Below are positions 13,480 to 26,381 of a stretch of DNA of 64,000 nucleotides, one piece after another. The DNA is taken from the NCBI RefSeq assembly GCF_009914755.1, contig NC_060928.1; one strand, written 5' to 3'. A model generated the notes under the pieces. The model made no database searches, was not told the DNA's origin, and was given only the letters and a program-made list of their open reading frames with translations. Within the stretch, counting starts at the first letter, position 1. Each line of letters begins with the position of its first letter. The position numbers and the translations under genes are program-made. The DNA is from the human T2T-CHM13v2.0 reference genome, Homo sapiens.

Positions 13480-15440
13480 TCCAATGGTGAGGTAATTTCC
13501 CATTCTAGTGACCGATATCAGGATTTTGATCACAAGTTATCAATTAGTTTTGATTTTAAAAGTTCATCAACACCCTAGCATCTAACGCCTTATCTGCCAT
13601 GATCTATTTGCCACCACAGACCTCTGTGGGTTCTAGTATCTTGCTAGCCACTCTGGCCTTACTGCCTGTTAGGATAAATGACCATGCCTAAGATGATTAA
13701 ATGTTATCATCTGGCTTCTGCCATTCTGGAATCCTGGAAGCTGGAATTCCAGGAGCTCCATTTCATGGTAGCATCTTTTATTGTCAACAAAGCCTGCAAA
13801 TAAAGTTACAACTGAGCTTCTCAAAGATGCTATAGGCCCTCTCACCAGTGAATTCCACACTACCTCAGGGAAGGTAATATCCTCCACAGCCTGCCAAGAA
13901 ACAGAATCAAGCAGTAGGACCTGTTCTTGCAGAATCAACCCTTTCTTACACTGCCACATTTCTTGGGTCTTCTGACCCCTTCCACAACACTCTTCCAAGG
14001 CAGTTCCAGTGTCCCCACCTCACCATCATGTCTAAGGGCCAAGGAGCCATTATAGGATCATATTAGAATCAATTCCAGGTGTCCCTGCCAGTACCGTGAA
14101 CCCCAAGTCATGGATGAGTACTCCAATCTCAACACATTTTTCCTCTTGTCGGCCTTAGATTCTATCCCCTTCTCCCACCACCCTAGTCCAACAAGATATC
14201 CATTCCCACAAATGTTGTCATGTTACTGTCCATGAGCATTAGCAAGAATGGGAAGGTCTTTTGGTGTGTAAGCTCTTTCCTCACAGAGTTGGGAGAGTAT
14301 TTCTCTACTTTGGACTGTACCAAAACCTGACCCTTGTTATCAGTCTGGAGGCAATAAGGGAAGTGAGGGAAATTCCACAGCAGTGCCAAGGACATCTTGC
14401 AGGACACTTACCACAGATCAGGTCTTTGCAAGGTCTCCAGGCAAGGGGAAGCTATTATAATCTTGTAAGAGGGGCAGAGGCTAATTCTGCCAGACTGAAG
14501 AATTCAGAGGAATCTAAGGGGTTTAAGATTTTCACTGCCTAAATATTCCCTAATGAGAGCTCAAGATCACACTTACTTACTCTTAGGGCCCTGACTTTGT
14601 CATATGAAACTTATCAAGGCTGTGCATTCAAGTGTTCTTTGCAGTTCAGTTACCCTTACAATTAGATCCTGGATGTGATTTTCCATGGCAGAAGGAGATA
14701 AGGGTCTCTTTAATTATTGCCATAGAAGCTTTTGATATTCATATCATGCCCAGGGTTTCCTCTTTTCGAGGTTTATAAGGGAGTTAATAGATGCCAACCA
14801 ACTAGATAACTCTTACAGTTACCATAGCCCCATAGCCTCTATACCACTCAAATGCCACAGCCTAAAACAAGCCTGTACCTTATCTCAATCCACTACAGAT
14901 GAGTATCTTAGTAATTGTAGTGCTACAACATGCTAGGGGTTATATTATCACCACTCACTTAAAATCAGCAATGGAGTTTTTGCTATAGTTTAACAGGTGG
15001 AGGATCCAGCTCTGAAATCCCATCCTAAGGGTCTGCTTTCTGGGAACTCTTTTGGTCTCAACTGACATTCTCTGAAAGCAGAGCCTAAAGAATATGATAT
15101 CAGGGATCAGGTGTATTAGAATGAATGAACAAGGAAGAAAGAAACGTATACACTATAATGCATTATTATACTAGCCAACACTACAGGTTATGGGTTCTTA
15201 GTTCCTTGGGACCGCCTGACAATTCTTATAGAATGTGTTTGAAATAGCCCAAATGGAGAAAGAGGGAAGTATGTATCCACCACTTCCCATTCCCTGTTGG
15301 TTGAGGGTAGTCCCCTGGGTATTAATACCCTCACACTTCCAGACTGTATAAGCATGGGTGTGCAGGAGATTTCTATGGGCATCAAAGAAATCCTGGGCCA
15401 TTTCTCTTGCCAGGATAAAACCCACTAGAAACGGAATAAC
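13480..15440 (-). mobile_element. ERVL-class (HERV16-like) provirus remnant: decayed gag plus LTR16-like LTR (~15065-15440)
   Basis: Minus-strand peptide EDITFPEVVWNSLVRGPIASLRSSVVTLF...GFQNGRSQMITFNHLRHG resembles ERVL Gag as recalled (EDIPFTNALRNRFVRAAPASLKS.VIALL...GSRGGRGQVAALNRQRQG). Internal-start motif CCCAGAAAGCAGACCCTTAGGATGGGATTTCAGAGCTGG at ~15005-15045 (-). Confidence 0.65.
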
Positions 15441-15444
15441 TGTG

Positions 15445-17718
15445 TGTATGAGCCTGATCTTGTGTTGCTATGAAGAAATACCTGAGACTGGGTAATTTAT
15501 AAAGAAAAGAGTTTTAATTGACTCACAGTTCCACATGGCTGGGGAGGCCTCAGGAAACTTGCAATCATGGCAGAAGGCAACTCTTCAAAGGGCAGCAGGA
15601 AAGAGAATGAGTGCAAGCAGGGGAAATGCCAGATGCTTATAAAACCATCAGATCTCATGAGCCTCAGTCACAATCATGAGAACAGGATGAGGGAAACCAC
15701 CCCCATGAGCCAATCACTTCCCAGTGTGTCCCTCCCACAACACATGGGGATTATGGGAACTACAATTCAAAATGACATTTCGGTGGGGACACAGTCAAAC
15801 CACATCATTCCCCCCGGCCCCTCCCAAATATCATGTCCTAACATTTCAAAACACAATCAATCATGCCTTCAAAACAGTCCCCCAAAGTCTTAACTCATTC
15901 CAGCATTAACTCAAAAGTCCACGTCCAAAATCTCATCTGAGACAAGGAAGTCCCTTCTGCATATGAGCCAGTAAAATCAAACACAAGTTAGTTCCTTCCA
16001 AGATACAATGGGGTTACAGGCATTGGATAAATACACCCTTTCTGAGGGGCAGAAATTGGTCAAAACAAAGGGGCTATAGGCACCATGCAAGTCTGAAATC
16101 CAACAAGGCAGTCATTAAATCTTAAAGCTCCAAAATGATTTCCTTTAACTCCATGTCTCACATCCAGGTCACACTGATGCAAGAGGTGGACTCCCATGGT
16201 CTTGGGCAGCTCTGCCCTGTGGCTTTGCAGTGTGCATCCCCACTCCAAGCTGCTTTCACAGGCTGGCATTGAGTGCCTGAGGTTTTTTCAGGCACACAAT
16301 GCAAGCTGTCAGTGGATCTACCCTTCTGGGGTCTAGAGAAAGGTGGCCCTCTTCTCATAGCTCCACCAGGCAGCCCCAGTGGGGACTCTGTGTGGGGTCT
16401 CCAATCCCATATTTTCCTTCTGAACTGCCTTAGCAGAGGTCCTCCATGAGGGTTCCACCCCTGCAGAAAGCTTGCCTGGACGTTCAGGCATTTCCATACA
16501 TCCTCTGAAATCTAGGCAGAGATTCCCAAACCTCAATTCTTGACTTTTGTGCACCCAGAGGCTCAATACCACATGTAAGTCACCAAGACTTTGGGCTTGC
16601 ACCCTCTGAAGTAATGGCCTGAACTGTACTTTGGCCCCTTTTAGCCTTTGGCCCTTTTTTAGGCTGGAGCTGATGCAGCTGGGATGCACCATGTCCTGAG
16701 GCTGCACAGAGCAGGGGGACCCTGGGCCTGGCCCACAAAACCATTTTTCCTTCCTAGGCTTCTGGGCCTGTGGTGGGAGGAGCTGCCGTGAAGGTCTCTG
16801 ACATGCCCTGAAGACATTTCCCCATGGTCTTGGTGATTAACACTGAGCTCCTTGTTACTTATGCAAATTTCTGCAGCCTGCTTGAATTTCTCCCCAGAAA
16901 ATGAGGTTTTCATTTCTATTGCATCCTCAAGCTGCAAATGTTCCAAACTTTTATGCTCTGCTTCCTCTTGAAACTTTGCCACTTAGAAAGTTCTTCTGCC
17001 AGATATCCTAAATCATCTCTCTCAACCTCAAAGTTCCAAAGATCTCCAGGGCAGGGGCAAAATGCTGCCAGTCTTTTTCCAAAGCATAGCAAGAACACCT
17101 TTATTCCGGTTCCAACAAATTCCTCATCTCCATCTGAGACTACCTCAGCCGGGACTTCATTGTCCATATCACTATCAGCATTTTGCTCAAAGCCATTCAA
17201 CAAGTCTCTAGAAAGTTCCAAACTTTCCCACATTTTCCTGTCTTCTTCTAAGCCCTTCAAACTGTTCTTACTTCTGCCTGTTACCCAGCTTCAAAGTCGC
17301 TTCCACATTTTTGGGTATTCTTACAGCTGCGCTCCACTACCACAGTACCAAATACTGTATTAGTCCATTTTCATGCTGCTACAAAGAACTGCCCAAGACC
17401 AGGTATTTTATAAAGGAAAGAGGCTTAATTAACTCACAGTTCTGAATGCCTGGGGAGGCCTCAGGAAACTTACAATCATGGCAGAAGGCACCTCTTCACA
17501 GGGCAGGAGGAGAGAGAATGAGTGCAAGCAGAGGAAATGCCAGGTGCTTTTGAAACCATCAGATCTCATAAGCCTCACTCACTATCACGAGAACAGCATG
17601 GTGGAAACTGCCCCACATGATCCAGTCACTTCCCACTTGGTCCCTCCCATGACATGTGAGGATTACAGGAACTACAATCAAGATGAGATTTGGGTGTAAA
17701 CACAGCCAAACCACCTCA
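15445..17718 (-). mobile_element. Full-length THE1 (THE1C/D-like) MaLR: LTR 15445-15807, internal 15808-17355, LTR 17356-17718
   Basis: Two ~363-bp LTRs with TG..CA ends around THE1-int sequence (ORF remnant ..KMWESLELSRDLLNGFEQNADSDMDNEV.AEVVSDGDEE..). TSD CTGTG at 15440-15444 and 17719-17723. Confidence 0.95.
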
Positions 17719-19617
17719 CTGTGTTATCTTCTTTAGGCAAATAGCGTCTACTTCTGGCATTGGTCAAAATAGGAAGAGCAGATAAAAAGTTAAAAGTACT
17801 AGATTTTAGTTTGAATTGCATGCTGATTAGGCAAAATCTGTCTGCAAAGCTTGTGATCCATATTTCTCTAGTCTAGATTTTGTCCTGATAGGAGCATAGC
17901 TTTCATAGTTTAAAAGGCTCCATTCTGCCATGATGGTCTTGGCTTTAGCTGGGTAAGCTTCTTTAGTAAATTGTAGGTTATTCTTTGAAAATGTTCAACT
18001 GAAAAGGCCTTTGACCAAGGTTTAGAAGGTTGTCTTTTAAAAAGAGAAATACCCTACTTCCTCGAGATATTTATTCCACTAGAAATGCTAACCTAAAGTT
18101 AGAGAGCATCCTTCTCCTTCTTTATTTTATTCTTGCTTCCTCCTTAACCTCCTGCTTCCCACTAAATAACTTCTAACACTCTGTACTATGTGTCCTTTTA
18201 ACATCTTAGGCTGAAATGAGACAGTTGAGCAAAGAGAAAATTTAAGTCATCATTACTCACGTCTAAATATGTATTATTAATATGTGCACATGGAATAATC
18301 ATCTTTAATTCCAAATTTTTATCGGAACAAATGTGAGGACTATCAGAATTTTCATTAGGAGAAGGAGAAAATAAAAATGGGCCTGGGACACAGATCTGTG
18401 AGGTATGGATGTGCAGAGTCCCACATGAGCCTGACGCCTCTGAGCGTTAACACATGGTCCCCCATCAAAGGTCTGTATATGCAATTCAGCTGCTGCCCTG
18501 ACAGAAGATTTGGTGTTGTTAACACACACTTCATTAAAATACCAGCTAAAATCCAAGTTCCAAATCCCATAGTTTGTGTTAGTTGATAAAACTCAATTGC
18601 TTCTAATTACTGTTAGTGCAGCTTTAAAATAATATTTTGTTGTAATAAAGGACTCAATATGACAAGTGAGAATTGGCCCGCTGAACTGGAAACACCAGGC
18701 CAGAGGGAATGTGTGCACACACAGCATTCACTGCTCTGCCTGATTGTTCTTCTGAAAATTTTCCAAGCACCTAACAGAGAAAAAAAATGACCAGTCTTCA
18801 GAAGGATTTTGAAAGGATGGGGATGACTCAAACATAGATACTGTTTGCCTCTCTGATTGGTCAATGCAGCTTAAGACGTGGAGCACAGAAGTCAAATGAG
18901 ACAGGCAGAGTTGTGGTTTTTCGATGCTTTCATGGAGCATGGGCCAAAAATAGCCAATGTCCCCTCCTTGCAATGTTTCTATTTACTTCCTCCGTCTGCT
19001 TCCTAAAAGATTGTCAAGATTAGCACATTTGATAAGATGAAACATCTTCAAATATTAAAAGTTGTTGGCCTTAGCATTGGAAAGGAAAGGAGAATCTTCT
19101 CTCTCACCAATCTCTTCCCCTCACTGCAATCCAGAAACACTGATCTTAAGATTTCTGCAGTAGGCTGAGCTACATTCCACCTCTGGCCTTAATACCTGCT
19201 TCTGCCCCAAACCCCTACTCCCTCCACCCCACCCCTCTTAACCTAACTCCTATTCATCCTTCATGTCTCAGCTCAAACTCTAATCCTGAGGGAAGCCTTC
19301 CTGACCCTCCATGTTTAAGTTAGTCCCTCATTGTATACACACTGTCATTACATCCTACATGTCTCCTTCAGGGCATTTTGATCAAAACTATGATTATTTG
19401 CATAACTATTTGTTTTATATCCTCTCCCAATTAAGCTCAAAAGCATAAGCACCCCTCCATCCTATTTGCAGCCATATACAAAGTACATAGAACAAAGTGA
19501 CTAACTCCTAAGTAGATAACAAAGATCAAAAAATGGAAGTGACTTTTTAAAAGTATTGAGAAGACTAAGATACTAATATGCAGATCTTGGCTATCAACAA
19601 TGCGAAATGTTTGGTGA

Positions 19618-19720
19618 GTGCTGGCTTCAGCAGCACATATACTAAAATTGGAACAATAAAGAGAAGATTAGCATGGCCCCTGCACAAGGATGACACACAA
19701 ATTCATGAAGTGTTCCATAT
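19618..19720 (+). pseudogene. RNU6: U6 snRNA retropseudogene, full length
   Basis: GTGCTGGCTTCAGCAGCACATATACTAAAATTGGAACAATAAAGAGAAGATTAGCATGGCCCCTGCACAAGGATGACACACAAATTCATGAAGTGTTCCATAT matches U6 with CpG decay. 13-bp TSD AAATGTTTGGTGA at 19605-19617 and 19753-19765. Confidence 0.97.
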
Positions 19721-20285
19721 ATAATTGTTTTAAAGAAAAATTATTATAATTAAAATGTTTGGTGAAATAGACCTCACTCAACAAGACAAAAAGGAGAATC
19801 TTCTCATCTGTTGGTAAAGACTTCGGAGGAAGTTATCAAATCCTCTTGTAGAAACCCAAGTTTGTAAATTGACAAGCCATTCTCTATTAGGAAAAACTAA
19901 TAGAGAGCTCCTCTCAATGTTCTATCCCACATGAACAGGTGTCCCAGATTGGTTCATATCAGAAATATCTCTACTTCTGCCCAGAGACATCTCACTGTTT
20001 AACTCATGCACAGCCATAAATTCCATCCTAGCTCTAAATTCTCATCTCGTCTCATTTTGAGAAATGTCCCAGGTATAGATCTCCTTCATCCTTCCAGCAA
20101 TGGAGAATAAAAATGATGAAGGCAAGTAATATTCATTATTACTTATGATATATGATATAATCCAATATCTATTCTTTGAATGTCTATTGTTGTTTTAACT
20201 TTCTTAAGCACTTGCTGTATTGAGGAATATATAATTTTTCTAAAATCATCCAAATATTTCCCTATTGAAATATTTGAACGTTCTA

Positions 20286-20595
20286 GCCGGGTGCCGTGGC
20301 TCACGCCTGTAATCCCAGTATTTTAGGAGGCCAAGCTGGGTGGATCACCTAGGTCAGGAGTTTGAGACCAGCCTGGCCAACATGGGGAAACCCTGTCTCT
20401 AATAAAAATACAAAAATTAGCCAGGCGAGGTGGTGCATGTTGGCAATCCCAGCTACACAGGAGGCTGAGGCAAGAGAATTGCTTGAATCCAGGAGGTGGA
20501 GATTGCAGCAAGCCAATGTCACACCACTGCACTCCAGCCTGGATGACAGAGCAAGACTTTGTCAAAAAAAAAAAAAGAAAAAAAAGAAAAAGAAA
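20286..20595 (+). mobile_element. AluS SINE
   Basis: Full dimer with an A-rich tail. 19-bp TSD GAAATATTTGAAC(G/A)TTCTA at 20267-20285 and 20596-20614. Confidence 0.96.
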
Positions 20596-20735
20596 GAAAT
20601 ATTTGAACATTCTAAAAAATTATTTCTGTATGTAAAATCAACAGCTTTCATAATCATTGTTAATTATTGTAGCACATTTATACATCAACTAGATAATAGA
20701 GTTTTATGATATAAAAGTCTTAAGAAAAATTTTAC

Positions 20736-21042
<307 letters not shown>

Positions 21043-21110
21043 AAGAAAAATTTTACTTCAAGTTAAGTCTAAAATGCTTACTTATATTTAAAAGTGCATA
21101 TCCGTAAGCT

Positions 21111-21555
21111 GTATTAGACAGCTATGCTACATAACTAACCACTTCAAGATTTAGTGGCTTAAAAACTACAACAATTTATTCTTGCTTATATATCTATAGG
21201 TCTGCTGAAGGTCAGCTGGTCTAGGCTGATGACTGACTCAAGCTGTAGGATTAACTGGACGCGGCTCCTCACTGCAGGCTGGGCTCAAGTCTACTCTGCA
21301 GGTGGGCATTCTGGGCCCAAGGCTGATGGAGCAGCTGCTGCTTACAGGAAGCTCTTCTCATGGCAATAGTAGAGGGGAAAGATGGCAAATCTATTGCACA
21401 AGCACATTCCAAGCCTTTGCTATATCACAAACACCTACATCCTATTGTGCAAAGTATTGTGCCAAGCCCAACACTGATAGGAAGGAGAAATAGATTTCAT
21501 ACACATGGGAGGGGAAAGAAGTGAGTGTTTCCTAAATAATAGTTCAAACTGTCGT
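21111..21555 (-). mobile_element. Old MLT1-family LTR
   Basis: TGTATTAG..CTATGCTACATAACTAACCAC..TTAGTGGCTTAAAA..ATTTATT start and internal MLT1 motifs. Confidence 0.7.
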
Positions 21556-23056
21556 ATAAACTAGCAACGCATCTAAAAGCATACCTCACTTATTTACATA
21601 ATATTGTTATGCTGACTAGATAGAATGGCAACTTACTTGATCATGTACAAATTCAAGAATAGCAGAAGTGATACTGAAATTGGCAATGAGCTAATTGGCT
21701 ATTCACAGTCTAAGGCTGAAGTTGAAACCACACAGCAGATGAGAGATGAATTCTTAGGCAAAACTGAAACATCAAGTCACTCAGTAACTAGCTCAAAGCT
21801 ATATAGCTTTGTAGTGGCATAGCTGGAGTTTAAACCCAGATTTTCTCAACTCGAATTTCATGTTCTTAAGCACTAGGCTATAGTGCTGCACAGTAGGTAT
21901 TATGTCTCCATTTTGGAAAAGAAGAATTGAAGCATAGAATATTGAAGCATGAAATATTTACTATTTGCCAGCCATTGAGCCAGAGGGTTTGTCTGTATTA
22001 TTTCATTGTATCCTTAAATCTCATGAGGTAAGAGTAATTTTCTAGAATTTACAGACAATAAAATAATTGTTGAGGAAGCTTTTAAAATGTACTTTTCTGA
22101 AGACAAGCAGGTAGAAAACCTGAATCTTGAAACCAGTGCATTTTGTATAAATACAAAACACATGCTTTTCTATTAAACCATATATCCATCCCCAAACACT
22201 CAGCAATCAGTCGTGAAAGCTAGTACTCGAACCAATGCATCAGGACCCAGTGATTTCTCTGTTATTGCCCCAGCAACCATATTTCCAAAACCATAAACTG
22301 TCTTAATACATGGCTTAACAACTGGTGAAAGCATTTGAATTTAGGATTGTCCAACACATATTAGTTGCTATAAATATATGACATGTCACTTTCTTAATTC
22401 AAGCACCATCTGTGACTTTTTTAATATAAAGGGAAGATAAGTGATATAATATTTTTCAAGCATATTGTCTTTTACCGTTAGGGAAAAAATTACATTGTAA
22501 AGGGGAAAGAGGTCAACATGTTGATTAAAACCTTCCACTTATATGTTCCTTTGTCCCCATGTATGGAACAATGTTGCCTCCTGTCACTGATTAAAAAATA
22601 ATAATAATAAAATCATGCTTTTAGGAATTCTTAGTCACTGCCCATAGAATGTAATCAGGATTCTTTTAATTGACACATTAACAATCCCTTTCAGGTTATT
22701 GTACTTTGATAGACTTAACAATGCATTCTTCAAGAAAATTGCACTTTTGTAAAGCTTTCAGCAAAGTATTATGAATATACCTTGTACTTCAAAATATAAA
22801 ACTAAACTCTTCTACAATATTCTATGCCGATTTTATTTGACTCCATGTACAGAGAATCTCAAACCAGAGAGTTGGCTATCCTTTGGATAATGATTCATTG
22901 TGAATTATACAACCTGCTGATTAATTGAAATTGGAATGACTGAATCAAAATAAAACCAAAAACAATAGAAAACTCATTTGCTATCTCAACTTAAGGTGAT
23001 CGCATGAAAAAAGTAATTATAAAGTAGTTTTAATTGTTTTAATACAATGAGCTCAC

Positions 23057-23852
23057 TGTTAGACTGGGTAAAATACAGTCCCTCAAAAATGCATGTTCAC
23101 TCAGAACCTCAGAATGTGACCTTATTTGGAAATAGGCTTTTGCAGATATAATTAGTTAAGATGAGGTCATACTGGTTTAGGGTGTGCCCTAAGTGCAATG
23201 ACTGCTGTCTTTCTAACAAGGCCACGTGAAGACAGAGGCAAAAGGCCATGTGAAGACAGAGGCAGAGATTGCGGGGATGCTGCCACAAGCCAGGAAACAC
23301 CAGGAGCCACCTGAAGCTGGAAAAGGCAAGGAAGGATTCTTCCTGATACGGTTTGGCTATGTTCTCACCCAAATCTCATTTTGAACTGTAGTTCCCATAA
23401 TCAGTATGTGTTGTGGGAAGGACCAAGTGGGAGGTAATTGAATCATGGGGGCAGTTACCCTCATGCTGGTCTCGTGATGGTCAGTTCTCATGAGATCTGA
23501 TGGTTTTATAAGAGGCTTTTCCCCTTTTGCTTGGCACTTCTCCTTGCTGCTGCCATGTGAAGAAGGACATGTTTGCTTCCCCTTCCACCAGTATTGTAAG
23601 TTTCCTGAGGCCTCCCCAGCCATGCAGAACTGAGAGTCAATTAAAACTCTTTCCTTTAGAAATTACCCAGTCTCGGGTATGTCTTTATTAGCAGCATGAG
23701 AACGGACTAATACACTCCCCTAGAGCCTTCAGAGGAAATCAACACTTTTATTTCAGACTCCTTGCCTCTACAATTGTGAGAGAATAAATTTCCATTGTCT
23801 TAAGACAACAAGTTTGTGGTAATTTGTTAATGCAGACCTAAGAAGCTAATAC
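23057..23852 (+). mobile_element. MLT1B/C LTR split by a THE1 insertion
   Basis: CCTCAGAATGTGACCTTATTTGGAAATAGG...GGAAGGATTCT | CCCCTAGAGCCTTCAGAGG...GAGAATAAATTTC..AAGCTAATAC. Confidence 0.88.
23344..23714 (+). mobile_element. THE1C-like solo LTR nested in MLT1
   Basis: TGATACGGTTTGGCT...AACGGACTAATACA. TSD CTTCC/CTCCC (1 mismatch). Confidence 0.93.
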
Positions 23853-25467
23853 GGCCTCAAAGCATAGATTTTATACATTTGGTCATATAAAAATCATTGA
23901 TCCTGATTCTGTGTCCAAATGGAATTCCACATAACAATGGAGGTCCTGCTACATTGGAAATTCCATGTCCATCTTGTCTACCCATGTATTTCTAGTGCCT
24001 AGCACAGCATTGGCACACAGTAGGCACTTGATAAACATTTACTGAATAAGTGAATGAAAAATATATCTTTCTATGCTTCTGAATTTTGAACATAATTTGA
24101 TTTCTGTGTGTTACTCAAGTTTGGGGCCAGCTTATGAGAATACATTTTGTTTCTGACCAAGTTCACTGGCTTTTATTTAACAAGTGTCAGAGCCAAGTCT
24201 TGATGCCTAGTGTCTCTGAAAATAATAATTGGAAAAGAAAGTAATAGTAGCAGTAGCAGTAGTGGCAGCAGAATCTAAGAAGAAAATCCAACCCTTTCAT
24301 CTGCACGTGTGTGCTGGTCCTTTCACAATCCCTTTATGTAATTTCTGAGTCATCAATAAAGCTGAAATAAACTAACCACAGGATATCTGGAATACAATTT
24401 TGACCAGCTGTGCCTATCAGGCCTCTTCTTTAAAAAGTGAGCTTGTGTTGCGTTGTGTAATAAATTGTTACAGAAACCTATCTAGAACTTAAAAGTTATT
24501 CTGGCATCTGGCTGAAAGTTACTGTGAGCATTCTAGAAGAATTTCAATAGGAATAGAAAGGACGGGGAAGTGAGTAAAGTCATTTCAGAACCATTCTTGA
24601 AGGGTAATACTGGCGTTCCGGAGGGATTTCAGTGCTCAGCTAGAGGGCAGCAGAATTATTGCTGAAGTATTCCTTGTGGAGAGCTTTAACCTCATGGCCA
24701 AAATGCATTCAAAACAATTCTGCTGTGATAGTAAAAAATATATATCCATGCTGTGCATTCCCAGAAGAGCATTTTGGCCTGCTTATTCACATGAGCCAAG
24801 AACTGAAAAAGAGCTAAGGGGTAAATTGGTAAAGTGCTACCACAGAGATTTCACTCTAAATGCTGGCTGGGGAAGCCTCGTGGTTTCAAAAGGTTAGAAA
24901 CTTTAGATGTTTTACAGGGTACGTGCCAAAATGAATAATTCATAGAAAAATGCTAAGTCTATTCAGGTAAGATTATATGGTAAAGTAAGAGAAAATGCCA
25001 GATTAAAAAAAAACTCTTTTCTATGTGATCCTGCAAAGCCCTCTAAATTAATCCTCCACATGTACCCTGTGCATAGCACTGTGCTGGGTACTAGGGAGAT
25101 ACAGCAATTGTATCTCAGGCTAACTGAGCACATAGGACATCCATATAGTCAACAAGTACTTATTTAACACCTACTGCTAGGTGTTGAATGCATTCTGAAA
25201 CAACGTGCTTGACCTAAAACTGTGTAATCAAGTAAGAGAGACATCTAGAAAGAATAAACTGCCATCAGTCATGGAAAAATCAGCATTAAAATTTGTACAG
25301 GACAGATTGTGCAGGGCAGTTAGTAAGCTTCTCACCTACCTTCCTACTTCCAGTCCTATGCCTTTCCCGCCCACCCTCTCCATGGCTCAGAACTCCTCCC
25401 CATGGCCTTGCAATGTCCTGTGTGCTGGGAAGTCTGATGATACAGCCACCCTTATCTCTCTCTCTCA

Positions 25468-25578
25468 CTTTTTTCGTTTTTTCTTTTTTTTTTTTGAGAC
25501 AGAGTCCTGCTCTGTCAACCAGGCTGGAGTTTAGTGGCACGATCTTGGCTCACTGCAACCTCTACCTCCTGGGCTCTT
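25468..25578 (-). mobile_element. 5'-truncated Alu (right-arm 3' end) within an L2 remnant
   Basis: T-tract followed by GAGACAGAGTCCTGCTCTGTCAACCAGGCTGGAGT...GCTCACTGCAACCTC. Confidence 0.88.
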
Positions 25579-26084
25579 GCCACTCCCTCTCATTGAGCTT
25601 CAGCCAGTTCCTTTTGCCTCAGGCTCCTTGGCCTCAAGGCCTTTGCCTAGGAAACCAGCTTAGCCACTTCACGTCTCATCACATGGCAAGTTCCTTCCCA
25701 TCCTTTAGGTCTCAGCTTCAATGTTACCTTCTTAGAAAGGCCCCATGACCCTATCTATAAAGTATATAATTCATTTTATTCTCTATCTCACCTCCTTTTT
25801 ATTGTTTTCTTTTTGATGCTTACTCACAATTTCTAAGTATTTGTTTATTTGTTTACTTAGAGACCTTCATACTAGACTGGCAGGTATTATACTATTTCTG
25901 TCTTGTTCACCATTATATATCCAGTACTTAGCTCAGTGAGTACATAGTAGTTATTCAATAAAATTAGTATTTTACTAAGCACAGCAGTTGCTTAATAAAA
26001 TGTGTTGACTGAATGGCTTAAAGTGACCAATGCTGGCACTAGCCCAACTAAATAAAAATAAAATTCAAATCTCAATTATAAATT

Positions 26085-26381
26085 CTTTTTTTTTCTTAGA
26101 GACTGGGTCTCACTCTGTTTCCAAAACTGGAGTAAGGTGGTATGCTCAGGGCTCACTGCAGCCCCAACCTCCTGGGCTCAGATGATCCTCCCATCTCAGC
26201 CTCCCGAGTAGCTGGGACTACAGGAGTATACCACCACACCCAGCTAATTTTTGTATTTTTTGTAGAAACAGGGTTTTGCCATGTTGCCCAGGCTGGTCTT
26301 GAAACTCCTGGACTCAACTATTCCTGCCGCCTTGGCCTCCCAGAGTGTTGGGATTACAGGTGTGAGCCACTGTGCCCAGCC
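26085..26381 (-). mobile_element. AluJ SINE
   Basis: Antisense dimer with J-type sequence. 14-bp TSD CTCAATTATAAATT at 26071-26084 and 26382-26395. Confidence 0.94.

Noticed and set aside
15567-17699. Cluster of 60-140 aa ORFs
   Set aside because: All lie within THE1 LTR or internal sequence; they are fragments of the decayed MaLR ORF and its antisense.
19618-19720. Functional U6 gene
   Set aside because: Mutated ACAGAGA box, decayed CpGs, flanking TSD, and no recognisable upstream PSE/TATA.
20323-20709. ORFs of 95 and 115 aa (also 12469-12672, 25293-25748, 26142-26474)
   Set aside because: Alu-derived translations.
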